Shown piece after piece: positions 12,531 to 28,162 of a stretch of 64,000 bases of DNA. The stretch lies in NCBI GenBank assembly GCA_951406725.2, contig OX597827.1:75454001-75518000 (forward strand). Direction: 5' to 3'. Position 1 is the first letter of the stretch. Each line of letters starts with the position of its first letter. Made by a program: the position numbers and the translations under genes. Source of the stretch: Octopus vulgaris. Taxonomy: Eukaryota. The notes under the pieces were generated by a model. The model saw nothing but the letters and a program-made list of their open reading frames with translations. It did not search any database and had not been told where the DNA came from.

Positions 12531-14573
12531 GTTCTTCCCTCTATCAAAGAAAAACCTCTCCTACTGCCAATTCACACTTGACTACAGATGACAACCAAAA
12601 AGAAGTAGATGTACATGTGTGTGTGTGTGCGTGCGTTGAGAGAGAGAGAATGAGATAAAGAGGAAGAGAGAGGGAGTACATTGTCAATTCTCAAGATACA
12701 ATTCAAAATACATCTCAATGTAAATATCAGTTCAAGTAGCGGAGAGAGGATACAACATTAAGCATGTCGTTATTACTGATGTATAAAGTTTCATCAACGT
12801 GTAAAAGACATAAACATTTAGAAAATGCATTAAGAAATTAATGTCGAACCCAATGCGTCTGTACTATATTTCGCGCCCAATCTATCAGCCATGTTAACAC
12901 AAGTTAACTTCCATCTGCTTAAGAGACATGACTCATACGTGAGAAAAAGACAAAAACGAACTCTGTTCATTATAGCCGTAGTGAAATCGGCTCAAAAACA
13001 AAATCAAAAAAAGACCTTTTCCCACTAAAATATAGGGATTTAACGGCTAAAGGCATGGAACGACGTCAGCTTCTCTCCTTATCAGTAGACTTGGTTTTAT
13101 GTCTCATGGCAATAGGCTATTTATGGGTTCTAGTTTAGGCACAAGACCATCAAGTTTAAGGGAAGTTAAAGCGACACCATCGACCCTAGTACCTGACTGG
13201 TACTTTATTATATCGACCTCTTGTTAACTGAAATATATAGGGTATATACCTGATAGTGAATGTAGAACAAGAAAATGTTTTCTAAGTGCCGTTTACAGAT
13301 AGAGGATACAAAATTCAGTAGCAGCACCAGTCTAGGGTAAGCCCAGGCTCCCCGTAGTCTGCTTGGGCTCAAAGTAGGCTGCTTTTGCTCCCAGAAGCCT
13401 GTCCGGCTTCTCCAGTAGCTGGCCCAGGTTCCCCGTCGTTCAAAATTTAATCTTAATGTAACCCGAACAAACCCCATTCATTCCGTATTCGTTATTTTCC
13501 TTTTGCAGAAGCCATGTTTTTGTTTTTTTTTTTTCGATGTATTTCCGTGACCGACTTCACTAAATTTTCTCTGTGGTTTCTTCTATATCATTTCATTAAA
13601 CATGAACCAACAATAAAGTACCGTAACTAAGGTCTTCTTTAGGATCCTACTATCATTCATCTCTCATTGTTTTTGGGTTTTAAGATAATATCTCTCTGAT
13701 GCACTGAGACACATCCTCGGAGATGTCCCAGAGTGAGGTCACAGATGTTAACATCAGATCCTCTGAACCAGCCGAATTAAATCAATTCCTGGCTTACATC
13801 CCAACAGCAATAAACCATGGGTCTGCTTCATTTATTCATAGCCACCCACCCAACTCGTAACTGTGTCTATAGTTACAGTGATGGAACGAATGGTTCGTCT
13901 CTTCACTGCGCCTTCGGTTTCAACCCAAGTTAAGAGCTGTGCAGAGTCATCGCTCCACAAACAGTTAACCGGATTAGTTAACCGTTAACTAATCTGTACA
14001 ATTTCATGATGGATGATAGACTGGACGGTTTAAGCACAATTACCATGAAGAGATAAAGACCTCGTTTCTCGTTTCATGGCAAACAGCAATATAAAAGAAC
14101 TGCTTTTTTGTAGTTCGTAGTGTTGTAACTCATAATAGGTGCAACTTTATTCCATGTCCCGATTCATAAAACTATGAAGTGAATTTGAATTTATTATATA
14201 AACTTTCATTATTACTTATATATTTAAAAAATCGTTCAAACTCCTAGTTTTTTCCCTTTTTCTTTTTATCGAAGCTTGCTCGAGAGCAGTGGCCAGTTTT
14301 CTGTCGCTTCTTTATGATATATAAAATTCTATAAACATTCAGAAAACATACGCATGTAGAAAACAGAGATAGCTAAACAAATATTAAAGCAGTTTGTGAG
14401 AATGGTATAAGTATATTTATATTATATGTAAACAACAGAGTGACATGTCTAATCTAATGCCATGTTCGACAGTGCTAGTGACTAAAAATGTTTTCATATT
14501 CTGACTCACCTCGAAAAAGAAACAAAATATACGTACACACATACACCATATCGTTCTCTCTCTTTCTCTTTCT

Positions 14574-14576
<3 letters not shown>

Positions 14577-14635
<59 letters not shown>

Positions 14636-14842
14636 ATGTATATAATGTATGTATTTATACGCACACATATATATGTATATACACACACACACACATATAT
14701 ATATATAATGTATGTATATATATACACACACATATATGTATATATACACATACATGTGTATGTATATATATACACACACATATATGTATATAGACACATA
14801 CATGTCTAAATATATATATATATATATACACACACATATATG

Positions 14843-14886
<44 letters not shown>

Positions 14887-14912
14887 CATTTATACATATA
14901 TATGTGTGTATG

Positions 14913-14948
<36 letters not shown>

Positions 14949-14982
14949 CATACACACATATATACATATATATGTGTGTATG

Positions 14983-15021
<39 letters not shown>

Positions 15022-15035
15022 GTGTGTGTGTGTAT
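14577..15035 (+). repeat. Compound (TA)n/(CA)n/(TATG)n microsatellite
   Basis: Seen directly. Confidence 0.95.
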
Positions 15036-15193
15036 AAAAAATCAACATATTACTATTTGCAATGGCATGCAGCATGTGTCATACAGTGAACATTAAACCA
15101 CTGTGTCATACTGAAAACATTCTTTACGTGCAATGAGATATGATGAGAGAAGGTGCTGCTGGTACACACACACACACACACACACACACATGC

Positions 15194-15224
<31 letters not shown>

Positions 15225-15455
15225 CTTGTTTCAGTCAGTAGACTGCGGCAATGCTTGGGGCACCTCCTTGGGGGAATTTTGTCGAAAGAATCGACCTCAA
15301 TACTTTTCTTTTTCTTTTTTGTTTTGAGCCTCATACTTATTCTATCGGTGTCTTTCGCTCAACCTTCAGTTACGGAAATGTAAACAAACCAACACCGATT
15401 GTCAAGCGATGTTGGGGCAAACAGAACAAACACCCACACTCACACGCATATGCAT

Positions 15456-15490
<35 letters not shown>

Positions 15491-15518
15491 GGTGAGAACA
15501 AGGGTGTACATACGCCGC

Positions 15519-15587
<69 letters not shown>

Positions 15588-15682
15588 TTATTTATTTATC
15601 TATTTATATAAGCGTGACTGTGTGGTAAGAAGCTTGCTTCCCAACCACATGGTTCCGGGTTCATTCTCACTGCGTGGCACCT

Positions 15683-15900
15683 TATATTAGGAAGTTAAAA
15701 GTCAAAGCCGGTCATAGAGTGACCGTTGGTTTCGGACATATAAAGCGTTTCTCAGTATAAGCAACTCGTCAGGTTCAAATAACTGAAGATGCATGTGGAG
15801 AGGTTATGCGCCCGCGGCTATTTGAGTCTGACGTGTCGCCTCTACTGCCGAGCGTTGTGGTCATTTTATGAATGGCCATAACTTTTGACTTCCTAATATA
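15683..15900. mobile_element. TA-flanked MITE-like element truncating a SINE-A head
   Basis: Inverted termini TATATTAGGAAGTTAAAAGT / ACTTTTGACTTCCTAATATA. Confidence 0.7.
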
Positions 15901-15948
15901 TATTACTGCAGTGTCTGTTCCTTTTTCGGATATATGAACTGCTGACGA

Positions 15949-16029
15949 TGTGTGTGTGTGTGTTTGTGTGTGTGTGTATGTGTGTGTGTATGTGTGTGTG
16001 CGTTTGTGTGTGTGTTTGTGTGTGTGTGC

Positions 16030-16061
<32 letters not shown>

Positions 16062-16225
16062 GTGCGTGTGTGTGTGTTTGTGTGTGTGTGTTTGTGTGTG
16101 TTTGTGTGTGTGTTTGTGTGTTAGTTTGTGTGTTTGTGTGTGTGTGTTTGTGTGTGTGTGCGCACGTGTGTGTGTGTGCGCACGTGTGTGTGTGTGCGCA
16201 CGTGTGTGTGTGCGCACGTGTGTGT

Positions 16226-16256
<31 letters not shown>

Positions 16257-16265
16257 CGTGTGTGT
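15949..16265 (+). repeat. (TG)n-based microsatellite with gcgcacgt interruptions
   Basis: Seen directly. Confidence 0.95.
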
Positions 16266-16660
16266 TGGTGAGAAAACAAAGAAATAAACAAAGAAATTTT
16301 TTGAAAATCGAAATTTAACTCTGAAGTTTCCTTTGCTGTTAGATAAACATGTGTACGGGTATAGCTCTTCGGTAAACAAGTTTACATTCTACCCGCATGA
16401 TTTCGAGTTCGTTCCCACTTCGTGACGCACTGCATATTTTCTGTCATAGCTTCGACCATGACCAATATATGGAATTTCTGTAAGCGGAAGCTGAGGAAGT
16501 CCGTCGTGTATGAGATCTGTGTGTGTGTGTAGGTGTAGGGAGGGGTGTAAATGTGTGTAGGTGTATGGGTAGGATGTACGTGCCAATAGGTGTGTGAATA
16601 GGTGTATGTGCGTCAATGTTTGTGTGTGTGTGTGTGTGTAGGTATGTGTGTGTGTGTGTG

Positions 16661-16702
<42 letters not shown>

Positions 16703-17260
16703 GGCATGTGTGTAGGTATGTGTGTGTTTTGGCAAAAAAAAAAGCAAAGAAATGAAAAATCGAATTTCTTTTCCGAAACCAAATCCCCTGAGTTGTTTTG
16801 CTTTGCATCGAGTTATAGACACTCCCTTGTCACTTTCGTTATCCACAAAATACAACATGAATGAATTTATGAATGAGTGAAGGATTACATGTCTGACTGC
16901 GCAGCGGAGTGGGAGCCAAGGGTTGTAATAGCGCAGGCTGTAAGTTTGGCCGGGGCAAAATTCGAACTCTTAAATAGGCTTTTCCAGTCATACAAACACA
17001 TAAACGTACTCGCACGTATAGACATGCGCACTCTTGCATACATACACACGCACACGCACACACGCGCACCCACACTCACACTCACACTCATACACACACG
17101 ACTGAGAGAGTGGATGTGTTGTGTGTGTGTGTGTGTGTGTCTTAATTCAGAGTAATCCAAGAACTAAGAGTCACGTGCAGCGGCACTTATCATTCACGCA
17201 CACACACCAATATATGATTTGGTAGACGGAAACTGAAAGAAGCGCGTCGTGTGTGTGTAC

Positions 17261-17311
<51 letters not shown>

Positions 17312-18197
17312 ACGGGCTTCTTTCAGTTTCCGTCTACCTAATCCACTCACAAGGCTTTAGTCAACCCGAGGCTGTGACAGAGGACACTTGCCCACGGTGC
17401 CACGCAGTGGGACTGAACCCAGAACTATGTGGTTGGGAAGCAAGCTTCTTACCACACAGCCACGCTTATATATATATATATATACTGTATGCATGTATGT
17501 ATATATATATATATATATATATACTGTATGCATGTATGTATATATGTGTGTGTGTATACTGTATGAATATATATATGTGCACACAACATATCATCACACA
17601 CACATACATGCACTCAGATCTATTGAGGCATGCGAATCACATCTATTATGCACATGCAGCCACACATGTGCATCTATTCACACATGCACATACGCACGCC
17701 TATGATGTTAATGCAAAGACATACGTTCTCATATCTATTCACCTTTTTTTATCTACCTGCTTCATTCTCTGCCAGCGTAACCGTATAGCTACTTACCTAA
17801 CCTGCCTACCAACCCAAATATCTGTCTACTTAGATAAGTGCAGGCTAACATAATTAATATAGTGAGCGACAAAGACTTAGTTAATCAATTAAAAATACAA
17901 ATTTTAATGAGAAGAAAAACCGTTTGTGTCAGTGATAAAAAAAAAATTCATATCAAAGCATGCAAGGGAAAGAACTCTGAAATTTAGAATGATTAAAAAT
18001 TAAATGCTGACGTTTGTCTGGCTCCCTGGCTCTCTGTCTGTCTAACTGTTGTCTATTTAACTACCAGTCTTCTATATCCTACGTACCAACCTATCTATAT
18101 ACCTCCCTTTTTACCCATTCACCTATTTACTCACCCACCTACCTAATTGTCCTACATATTTACGCCTATGCATCTCTCTATCTATCTACTTCTTCGT

Positions 18198-19690
18198 CGT
18201 CTTCTTCTTCTCCACCTCGGTTTTCTTCCTTTTTTCCTCCTCCTCCTCCTTCATCGTCTTTCCTTTTCTTCTTATTTTCTTTTTCTCTCCCCCCCCCTCC
18301 TTCATCTTCTTCTGTACCTCAGTTTTCTTCCTCCACCTCCTCCATCTTCTTTTCCTTTTCTTCTTCTCCACCTCGGTTTTCTTCCTCCCCCCTCCTTCAT
18401 CTTCTTCTGTACCTCAGTTTTCTTCCTCCACCTCCTCCATCTTCTTTTCCTTTTCTTCTTCTCCACCTCGGTTTTCTTCCTCCCCCTCCTTCATCTTCTT
18501 CTGTACCTCAGTTTTCTTCCTCCACCTCCTCCATCTTCTTTTCCTTTTCTTCTTCTCCACCTCGGTTTTCTTCCTCCCCCTCCTTCATCTTCTTCTGTAC
18601 CTCAGTTTTCTTCCTCCACCTCCTCCATCTTCTTTTCCTTTTCTTCTTCTCCACCTCGGTTTTCTTCCTCCCCCTCCTTCATCTTCTTCTGCACCTCAGT
18701 TTTCTTCCTCCACCTCCTCCATCTTCTTTTCCTTTTCTTCTTCTCCACCTCGGTTTTCTTCCTCCCCCCCTCCTTCATCTTCTTCTGTACCTCAGTTTTC
18801 TTCCTCCACCTTCTTTTCCTTTTCTTCTTCTCCACCTCGGTTTTCTTCCTCCCCCTCCTTCATCTTCTTCTGTATCTCAGTTTTCTTCCTCCACCTCCTC
18901 CATCTTCTTTTCCTTTTCTTCTTCTCCACCTCGGTTTTCTTCCTCCCCCCTCCTTCATCTTCTTCTGTACCTCAGTTTTCTTCCTCCACCTCCTCCATCT
19001 TCTTTTCCTTTTCTTCTTCTCCACCTCGGTTTTCTTCCTCCCCCCTCCTTCATCTTCTTCTGTACCTCAGTTTTCTTCCTCCACCTCCTCCATCTTCTTT
19101 TCCTTTTCTTCTTCTCCACCTCGGTTTTCTTCCTCCCCCTCCTTCATCTTCTTCTGTACCTCAGTTTTCTTCCTCCACCTCCTCCATCTTCTTTTCCTTT
19201 TCTTCTTCTCCACCTCGGTTTTCTTCCTCCCCCTCCTTCATCTTCTTCTGCACCTCAGTTTTCTTCCTCCACCTCCTCCATCTTCTTTTCCTTTTCTTCT
19301 TCTCCACCTCGGTTTTCTTCCTCCCCCCCTCCTTCATCTTCTTCTGTACCTCAGTTTTCTTCCTCCACCTCCTCCATCTTCTTTTCCTTTCTTCTTCTCC
19401 ACCTCGGTTTTCTTCCTCCCCCTCCTTCATCTTCTTCTGTACCTCAGTTTTCTTCCTCCACCTCCTCCATCTTCTTTTCCTTTTCTTCTTCTCCACCTCG
19501 GTTTTCTTCCTCCCCCCCTCCTTCATCTTCTTCTGTATCTCAGTTTTCTTCCTCCACCTCCTCCATCTTCTTTTCCTTTTCTTCTTCTCCACCTCGGTTT
19601 TCTTCCTCCCCCCCCTCCTTCATCTTCTTCTGTATCTCAGTTTTCTTCCTCCACCTCCTCCATCTTCTTTTCCTTTTCTTCTTCTCCCAC
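18198..19690 (+). repeat. Polypyrimidine minisatellite, ~94-96-bp unit, ~15 copies
   Basis: Unit ccctccttcatcttcttctgtacctcagttttcttcctccacctcctccatcttcttttccttttcttcttctccacctcggttttcttcctc recurs at 18301, 18396, 18490 and onward. Units vary mainly in C-run length. Confidence 0.95.
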
Positions 19691-19896
19691 TTTGCCTCGC
19701 AATACATGTCATGCTGGAAACAATAGCCAAATTTTCCTCAAATCACTTCATGTTTTCTTAAAACGGCAAGTATATATAGTAGATAACATAGTTCATAAAA
19801 ACCACTGAAACTATGGAAGGGTCACGGTTAGATTGCCGCATTTCATGTGAAGAGTTCAAATAAGCATAAAACATTTTGTAAGAATATTTATATATT

Positions 19897-20070
19897 ACTA
19901 GCAGTATCACCCGGCGTTGCTCGGGTTTGTAAGGGAAATAACTATATAAGCATTTTTAGAGAGTTATAGCCAAAAAATAGCAAAAAAATGCATTAAAAAT
20001 GGAAAAAAAATTATGGTAATTTTTTTAAAATTTGGAGACAGACACACAACTTCTCTTTTATATATAAAGA
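19897..20070 (-). mobile_element. Non-autonomous Helitron-like element
   Basis: Minus strand starts tctttatatataaaa and ends with hairpin cccgagcaacgccggg followed by ctgCTAGt. Confidence 0.6.
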
Positions 20071-20272
20071 TTACTATTATGGCTGGGTACCTACCCAGGC
20101 TGCAGCAACAAAGTCTACCTGGCCACACTTTTCTCGATCCATCGTCACAGCCTCGAGGTCCTGGACACATTCCAGGCCAATGTCTGCGATTAAATTGTCG
20201 ATGTGTGACGACGTCTTCCTCTTCTTACATCGCCATAAAGTGGGTTCGTGAAGTCTATTTATTCATTCCAAA

Positions 20273-20668
20273 TACTAGCAGTATCGCCCGGTGTTGCTCA
20301 AGTTTGTTTCGACCCTTTAGAATTGGAATTTTTGAAAAGTAAAAATTTCGCATTATGTAGCTTGTTATTCTCTTTAAGTGAACATTTTTCTGGTTGAAAT
20401 ACACCGAAAAGTGGCGACACAGCAGTCAAAAAATCGTAAAAAATAGGGATTTCCATACAAAAAAAAAGCACCTTTTTTATGTAAATAATTTTTGGTGTTA
20501 ACATGGTCCGATTTGAATTTTTTCTTCTACGGAAGGAAGAGCAAACTTTCTTCTATCATACTCTCAATTTTGGTCAACTTGCACCGCAGGGTCTCGGAGG
20601 AGATAGTGTTAGTTGAAGGCTACCAAACCTGCCATACACAGACAACTTCAGCTTTATATAGAGAGAGA
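20273..20668 (-). mobile_element. Non-autonomous Helitron-like element (same termini)
   Basis: Same 3' terminus (+ strand actagcagtatcgcccggtgttgctc) and a tctctatataaag 5' end. Confidence 0.6.
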
Positions 20669-20972
20669 TAATCAACATCATTAGCAATAGCGTTTCTCCA
20701 CCTCGAAACCAGGTTTCTAATTTCTGGATGGGGGTCAAAATCAGGTTCTTCGGGAGAGAAAACTGCCTGGAGTACCATTTCAACATCATTCCTACTTCTG
20801 TTCTTCCACTGGTAAAGCGTTCAAGTTACCTGGATAAGTGAAAACCTGATGGTGCTGGGTCCAATGAGTGGGGAGGGTGAGATAAAGCTCCACGGCCAAA
20901 TGAATTATCTTTTTAGGGGCTTACCTTTGCAGAATGTGGCCTTGTATCATCATCTTGCAGGATTACTCCCTT

Positions 20973-21205
20973 AAGGCGGCGAGCTGGCAGAAACGTTAGC
21001 ACGCCGGGCGAAATGCTTAGCGGTATTTCGTCTGCGTTACGTTGTGAGTTCAAATTCCGCCGAGGTCGACTTTGCCTTTCATCCTTTCGGGGTTGATAAA
21101 TTAAGTACCAGTTATGCACTGGGGGTCGATGTAATCGACTTAATACCTATGTCTGTCCTTGTTTGTTCCCTCTGTGTTTAGCCCCTTGTGGGTAATAAAG
21201 AAATA
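20973..21205 (+). mobile_element. SINE family B with TSD ggattactccctt
   Basis: 13-bp direct repeat at 20960-20972 and 21206-21218. Confidence 0.92.
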
Positions 21206-21386
21206 GGATTACTCCCTTTCTCTTGACTAAACCCGACTTTTTTTTTTCCTTTTAGCAAAACATGATTGACACATTCAAGTCGTTGACAATAAAATTCTCC
21301 AGTGATGCTTTTCCCTTGTTCCAATAATTCAAAGGGAACAATATTTATTGTATTCGCTGCTAAACGCACTGCAAAATCCCCTTAAA

Positions 21387-21605
21387 CCCTTTAGTGTTCA
21401 GATTATTCTATCAAACATAATGCCTATTGATTCCCATTGATTTGAATTAATCATGAATTATCTCATATCTTCAAGATCTTGATGGTGTAATTACTTAATG
21501 TAGAATAACATTGTAGGGTAGGTGTGAGGGCCTGGATCTGATCAGTTTGAACATAAAACAGATTAACTATTTTGGCCAGATATGGCCAGTTTAAATACTA
21601 AAGGG
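21387..21605. mobile_element. piggyBac-type MITE
   Basis: TIRs CCCTTTAGTGTT / AATACTAAAGGG with TTAA(-like) flanks. Confidence 0.75.
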
Positions 21606-21993
21606 TTAAGTGTCAATCTGGTTCGGGAGTTGGGACTGGATTCTCATTAGGCGATAGATATTTCTTGCTAGCATTGATTACCTATTTCTCATTACTCGTA
21701 ACAATTCGATTGAGAATTAATACTCGACACACAGTACAGATGCTTTCTGGTGCTTTTGTTACATTGTTGCGCTTACGAAATCTGTAAAGCTCACTAAAAC
21801 CCTTGTCATCTTTGGGCTATTGGATGCAGCATATAGGCACGGGATGGGTATCCATATTAACGTTTGATCATTCACTCGTTGCTGATTGATTGATTGATTG
21901 CAGGAACGATTTTTATTGACTTGTAAACTAATTATGGTTTTACGTCAGACAATAAGCCTGGAAATATGATATTGCTTTGAGGCACTCCTAATG

Positions 21994-22027
<34 letters not shown>

Positions 22028-22033
22028 TGTATG

Positions 22034-22074
<41 letters not shown>

Positions 22075-22077
22075 GTA

Positions 22078-22124
<47 letters not shown>

Positions 22125-22439
22125 ATGTATGTGTGGGGGGTGCATGCGTGCCTGCGTATGCATGCATGCATTTTGCGATGTTTTCTTTAGTGTGTATGTG
22201 TGTGTGTGTGTGTGTGTGCGTGTGCAGAGGTGTGTGTTTTTGTATATTTTCTTTTGTATGTATGTATATGTTTCAGTGTTTGTGCGTGCAAACGTGTGTG
22301 TGTGTGTGTGTGTTGTTTCCTGTGAAGTTTTCTTTCGTGTGTATGTATGTGTTTTGTGTGTGCGAGTGTTTTTGTAATGTTTTCTTTCGTGCGGATGTGT
22401 GTGTGTATGTATGTTTGCATTTGTGTGTGTGTGTGTGTG

Positions 22440-22722
22440 TTTGCGATGTTTTCTTGTGTGTGTGTGTGTGTGTTTTTGCGATGTTTTCTTGTGTGTGTGT
22501 GTGTGTGTTTTTGCGATGTTTTCTTGTGTGTGTGTGTGTGTGTTTTTGCGATGTTTTCTTGTGTGTGTGTGTGTGTGTTTTTGCGATGTTTTCTTGTGTG
22601 TGTGTGTGTGTGTTTTTGCGATGTTTTCTTGTGTGTGTGTGTGTGTGTTTTTGCGATGTTTTCTTGTGTGTGTGTGTGTGTGTTTTTGCGATGTTTTCTT
22701 GTGTGTGTGTGTGTGTGTGTGT
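22440..22722 (+). repeat. 36-bp minisatellite (ttttgcgatgttttcttgtgtgtgtgtgtgtgtgt) x~8
   Basis: Seen directly, within a larger TG/TATG-rich block at 21992-22722. Confidence 0.95.
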
Positions 22723-22869
22723 TTTGGCATATATATATTGCAAAAAAGATTTAGAAAATGATGGGAAGTATTTTTCAAACCGATAATATGTATAAAATTG
22801 TTTTTAACTTTCTGTTCTTATTTGTTGGTTGGTAGCAGTTGGGTCTGTATTTAATAATGGTTTATATTT

Positions 22870-24168
22870 CTTAATTTATTGCTTTTATTTAGTCTTTGTT
22901 GTTAGTTGAAATAATCTGAACACCTGTAGAGGGAAATATTTTGAAATCAGGTAAATCCATTCCTGCACAGGTTACAATGCGACTGCTTAAAGGAATTTTC
23001 GTTGTGTTTTTGTTTCGGATCTGCTGACGATGGGTGGTCATTCTGTTGCGTAACGATGAGCCCATCTGACCACTGTAATTATAAAAAAATAAGATAATGA
23101 AATTATTGTATACAGTGCTCAGGTGCACCACAACTTGTCAGAAAGTGCGTATAAAGTACATGCAGTAATGTACAAATGTCTGGAAAGCGAGCAATGTATG
23201 AGTCAGATACATGCTTGTGTGTGTATGGAGGGGAGAAAATCAGGTGTAGTGTTGGCGAATCTCAGAAAGCATGGAAGTTTTGAAGGATGCAGTGCTCCGA
23301 CAACTAACAACTGATGCCAGCAGTTTGTTCCATTTGTTCGTTCCAACAACCATTGTTGGCAACTAGTGCATGTGATAACGTAGATTAGGTTTTCCGTTTG
23401 CAGGTGGGGATGGACTTAACTTTGAAGATTTAGCCATCTTTGAATTTAAATTCTGGCCCCTAAATAACGTAACGGCAAGTGCCGCAGTTTATTCTTCCGC
23501 ATTTTGTGATCGTTGAGTTGGGGGTTTCTTTGCGCGCTTTTCCTCCAGTGAGAATGAGTTTCAGTGTTTTGAGCTGCCTTTTGCTTTTACTAATTTGTTT
23601 TTCTAAGATTTTTCTCATTTTTTCATCTGTTAATAAAATGGGGAGGTTTTTGTGGATGTGATCAAATATTTTGGTGTTTCTCGGATTGAAGGTTGACACA
23701 AATTGTGAGGCATTTTCCTTACTTTTGCCTTTTTGTTTTCCCAAATTCAACGATATCCATTTGTGTTGCCTTGTTTATTCCGCTGGTGATTATGACGCGA
23801 GGGAAGGCTCTTTGGATAAGTGTGTCCTTCAGTTCCTCTAGTTTTTGTTCATGTTTGGATGGTTCTTATACTAAGGTACAACTTCATTTTGCCAGGTTTG
23901 GTGTGTTTCGAGTGTCATGATGTAAAAAGAAGGTATTATTTGAATATGGTGGGTTTGTAGAATATGGCCATTTCTATTTTCCCATCTTGGTTTTTGATTA
24001 GGGTATACAGAAAGGCAAGTTCTTTGGGGTTAAAGTCCATTGTGAATTGGATGTTATTGCTGAGGTTGTTTAGCATGTTTTGAAATTCAGTTAACTTGTT
24101 AATATTTTCCTCCCATAAAATAAAGCAATCATCCAGATATCCTTTCCAATTGTATATGGAACCTGTCA
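22870..24168 (-). mobile_element. Penelope-like element relic (RT C-terminus plus GIY-YIG)
   Basis: Fragments WKGYLDDCFILW...NIQFTM...LAFL, FVSTFNP..., KCGRINCGTC and YSGQ...LRNRMTTHRQQIR occur in the expected order. Frameshifted. Confidence 0.88.
23085..23333 (-). mobile_element. CR1-type LINE 3' end (second family) inserted into the Penelope relic
   Basis: WNKLLASVVSCRSTASFK plus the 3' UTR gtgcacctgagcactgta, shared with 41527-41743. Confidence 0.75.
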
Positions 24169-24191
24169 TATATATATATATATATATAGAA

Positions 24192-24528
24192 AAGACCCCC
24201 TTCGGTCATGAATGACCTTAGGATTGCACCTAGAAAGTTCCCCTCCGAGGCACAAGTGTGGGCTAGGTTGTTTATGGAAGACCAGCAATTGCTCATTCAT
24301 ACCAGCTTCCCATCTCCACACCACTGATATGTTATCCAAGGGAAAGGCAAAGGGGCCGATACAGCTTGGCACCAGTGACATCGCAACTCATTTCTACAGA
24401 TGAGTGAACTGGGGCAACGTGAAATAAAGTGTCTTGCTCGAGAACACAACACACAGCCTGGTCCGGGGATCGAATTCACTACCTCATGATTGTGAGCCCG
24501 ACACCTTAACTACTGAGCCATGCGCCTT
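24192..24528 (-). mobile_element. tRNA-derived SINE family E; second copy at 57575-57890 (+)
   Basis: Head aaggcgcatggctcagt.gttaag, body gagcaagacactttatttcac...ccagttcactca. Homologous to 57575-57890 over ~300 bp. Confidence 0.8.
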
Positions 24529-24566
24529 TACATGTGTGTGTGTGTGCATGTATGTATGTCAGTGCA

Positions 24567-25260
24567 TAGGTGCGGTTGTGTGGAAAAAAGTTTGCTTCCC
24601 AACCACATGGTTCCAAGTTCAGTCCCATTACGTGGCACCTTGGGCAAGTGTCTTCTACTATAGCCTCCGGTCAACCAAAGCCTTAGAAGCCTCTGGTGTG
24701 TGTATGTGTGTGTGTGTCTTTGTGTTTGTCCCCCACCACTGCTTGACAACCAGTGTCGGTATGGTTACATCCCCCGAACATCAACAGTCCGGCAAAACAA
24801 AAAACCATAGTATAAGTACCAGGACTTTAAAAAAGGACTGAGAGGTGATTCATTTGACTAAAGATCTTTCAAGGTGGTTCCCCTGCATGGTCGCAGTCCA
24901 ATGACTGCAACAAGCAGAAGATTATATATACATGTTTGTGTGTGTGTGTGTTCTTTTATTCTTGTACTTGTTTCAGTCGTCTGACTGCGGCCAGGCTGGA
25001 GCACCGCCTTTAATCGCACAAATCGATCTCAGGACTTATTGTTTATAAGCCTAGTACTTATTCTATCGCTCTCTTTTGCCGGACCTCTAAGTTACGAGGA
25101 CGTAAACACACCAACATCGGTCTTTTTTCAGTTTCCGTCTACCAAATCCACTCACAAGGCTTTGGTCGGCTCGAGGCTTTAGTAGAAGACACTTTCCCAA
25201 GGTGCCACGCAGTGGGACTGAACCAGGAACCATGTGGTTAAGAAGCAAGCTTCTTAACAC
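24567..25260. mobile_element. Two SINE-A copies in inverted (tail-to-tail) orientation
   Basis: + copy at ~24567-24921 and - copy at ~24955-25260. Confidence 0.85.
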
Positions 25261-25756
25261 GCTCACACATTCAAAGCAAATACTTTCTGATACCAAAGTG
25301 ATTTTTACTTGCCACAGCTCTTTTCTTGACAATTTTGTTTTATTAACACCTTCTGCCTACCCATGTTTCTTATGCATTTATATGTGCATGCATGCATGCG
25401 CACGCACGCGTGTGTGCCGACATAACAGAAACATGTAAATTTTCATTCTCACACGATTATAAGTAAGCGTATGTCACAGAAGATTACACACATAAAGCGC
25501 ACATACACACGGCACCACGTTGAAAATGGCATGGCGTAGGTATCCACTTACAATCACTTTATGTCTATATTTGACTAAACTGTAAATCTATAGCCCCCCC
25601 CTTTCATTTTCTTCTCTCTCTCTCTCTCTCTCTCTCCCTCACTGTAATGGTGTCTATCTGTCACCCATCATTTCTCCTCTCTATGTGTAAATATCACTCT
25701 GCTCTCGCCCTCTTTGTGAGAATTAATACACAATTCATCTCTTCCTCACAATATAA

Positions 25757-27972
<2,216 letters not shown>

Positions 27973-28116
27973 TTTTACATATGTACGCATTATACTATAT
28001 ACATACATACATACGAATGTGGATGTGTGGGTGTATGTGTGCGAGCCTTTCTGTGTGTTTGTTTTCAGAAAACTGCATTTCTCTTTTTTCTTCTTCTTCT
28101 TCTTCTTCTCTCTCGT

Positions 28117-28162
<46 letters not shown>

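Larger units (their letters stand above)
20915..21850 (-). mobile_element. Mariner transposase relic interrupted by a SINE and a MITE
   Basis: Minus-strand fragments LNRIVTSNEK, LSPNENPVPTPEP, FELLEQGKSITGEFYCQRL and GVILQDDDTRPHSAK match mariner motifs (IVTGDEKW, ELL..G.TI....YC.QL, HDNARPH). Confidence 0.8.

Noticed and set aside
14490-14540. Strong minus-strand donor GAG|GTGAGT preceded by a pyrimidine tract
   Set aside because: No coding exon or partner splice site could be linked to it. A lone motif is expected by chance.
15710-15780. CTGACGA...GAAAC motifs on the - strand inside the MITE
   Set aside because: No consistent stem I/II pairing was found.
18014-19808. 570-aa and 553-aa S/P/F/L-rich ORFs
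   Set aside because: Produced by the pyrimidine minisatellite. Unit lengths vary without preserving frame.
22440-22722. 36-bp regularly spaced repeat resembling a CRISPR array (also the ggcacgtaaaaagcacc repeats in family C)
   Set aside because: The intervening sequences are (TG)n or related repeats rather than unique spacers, the context is eukaryotic, and no cas genes are present.
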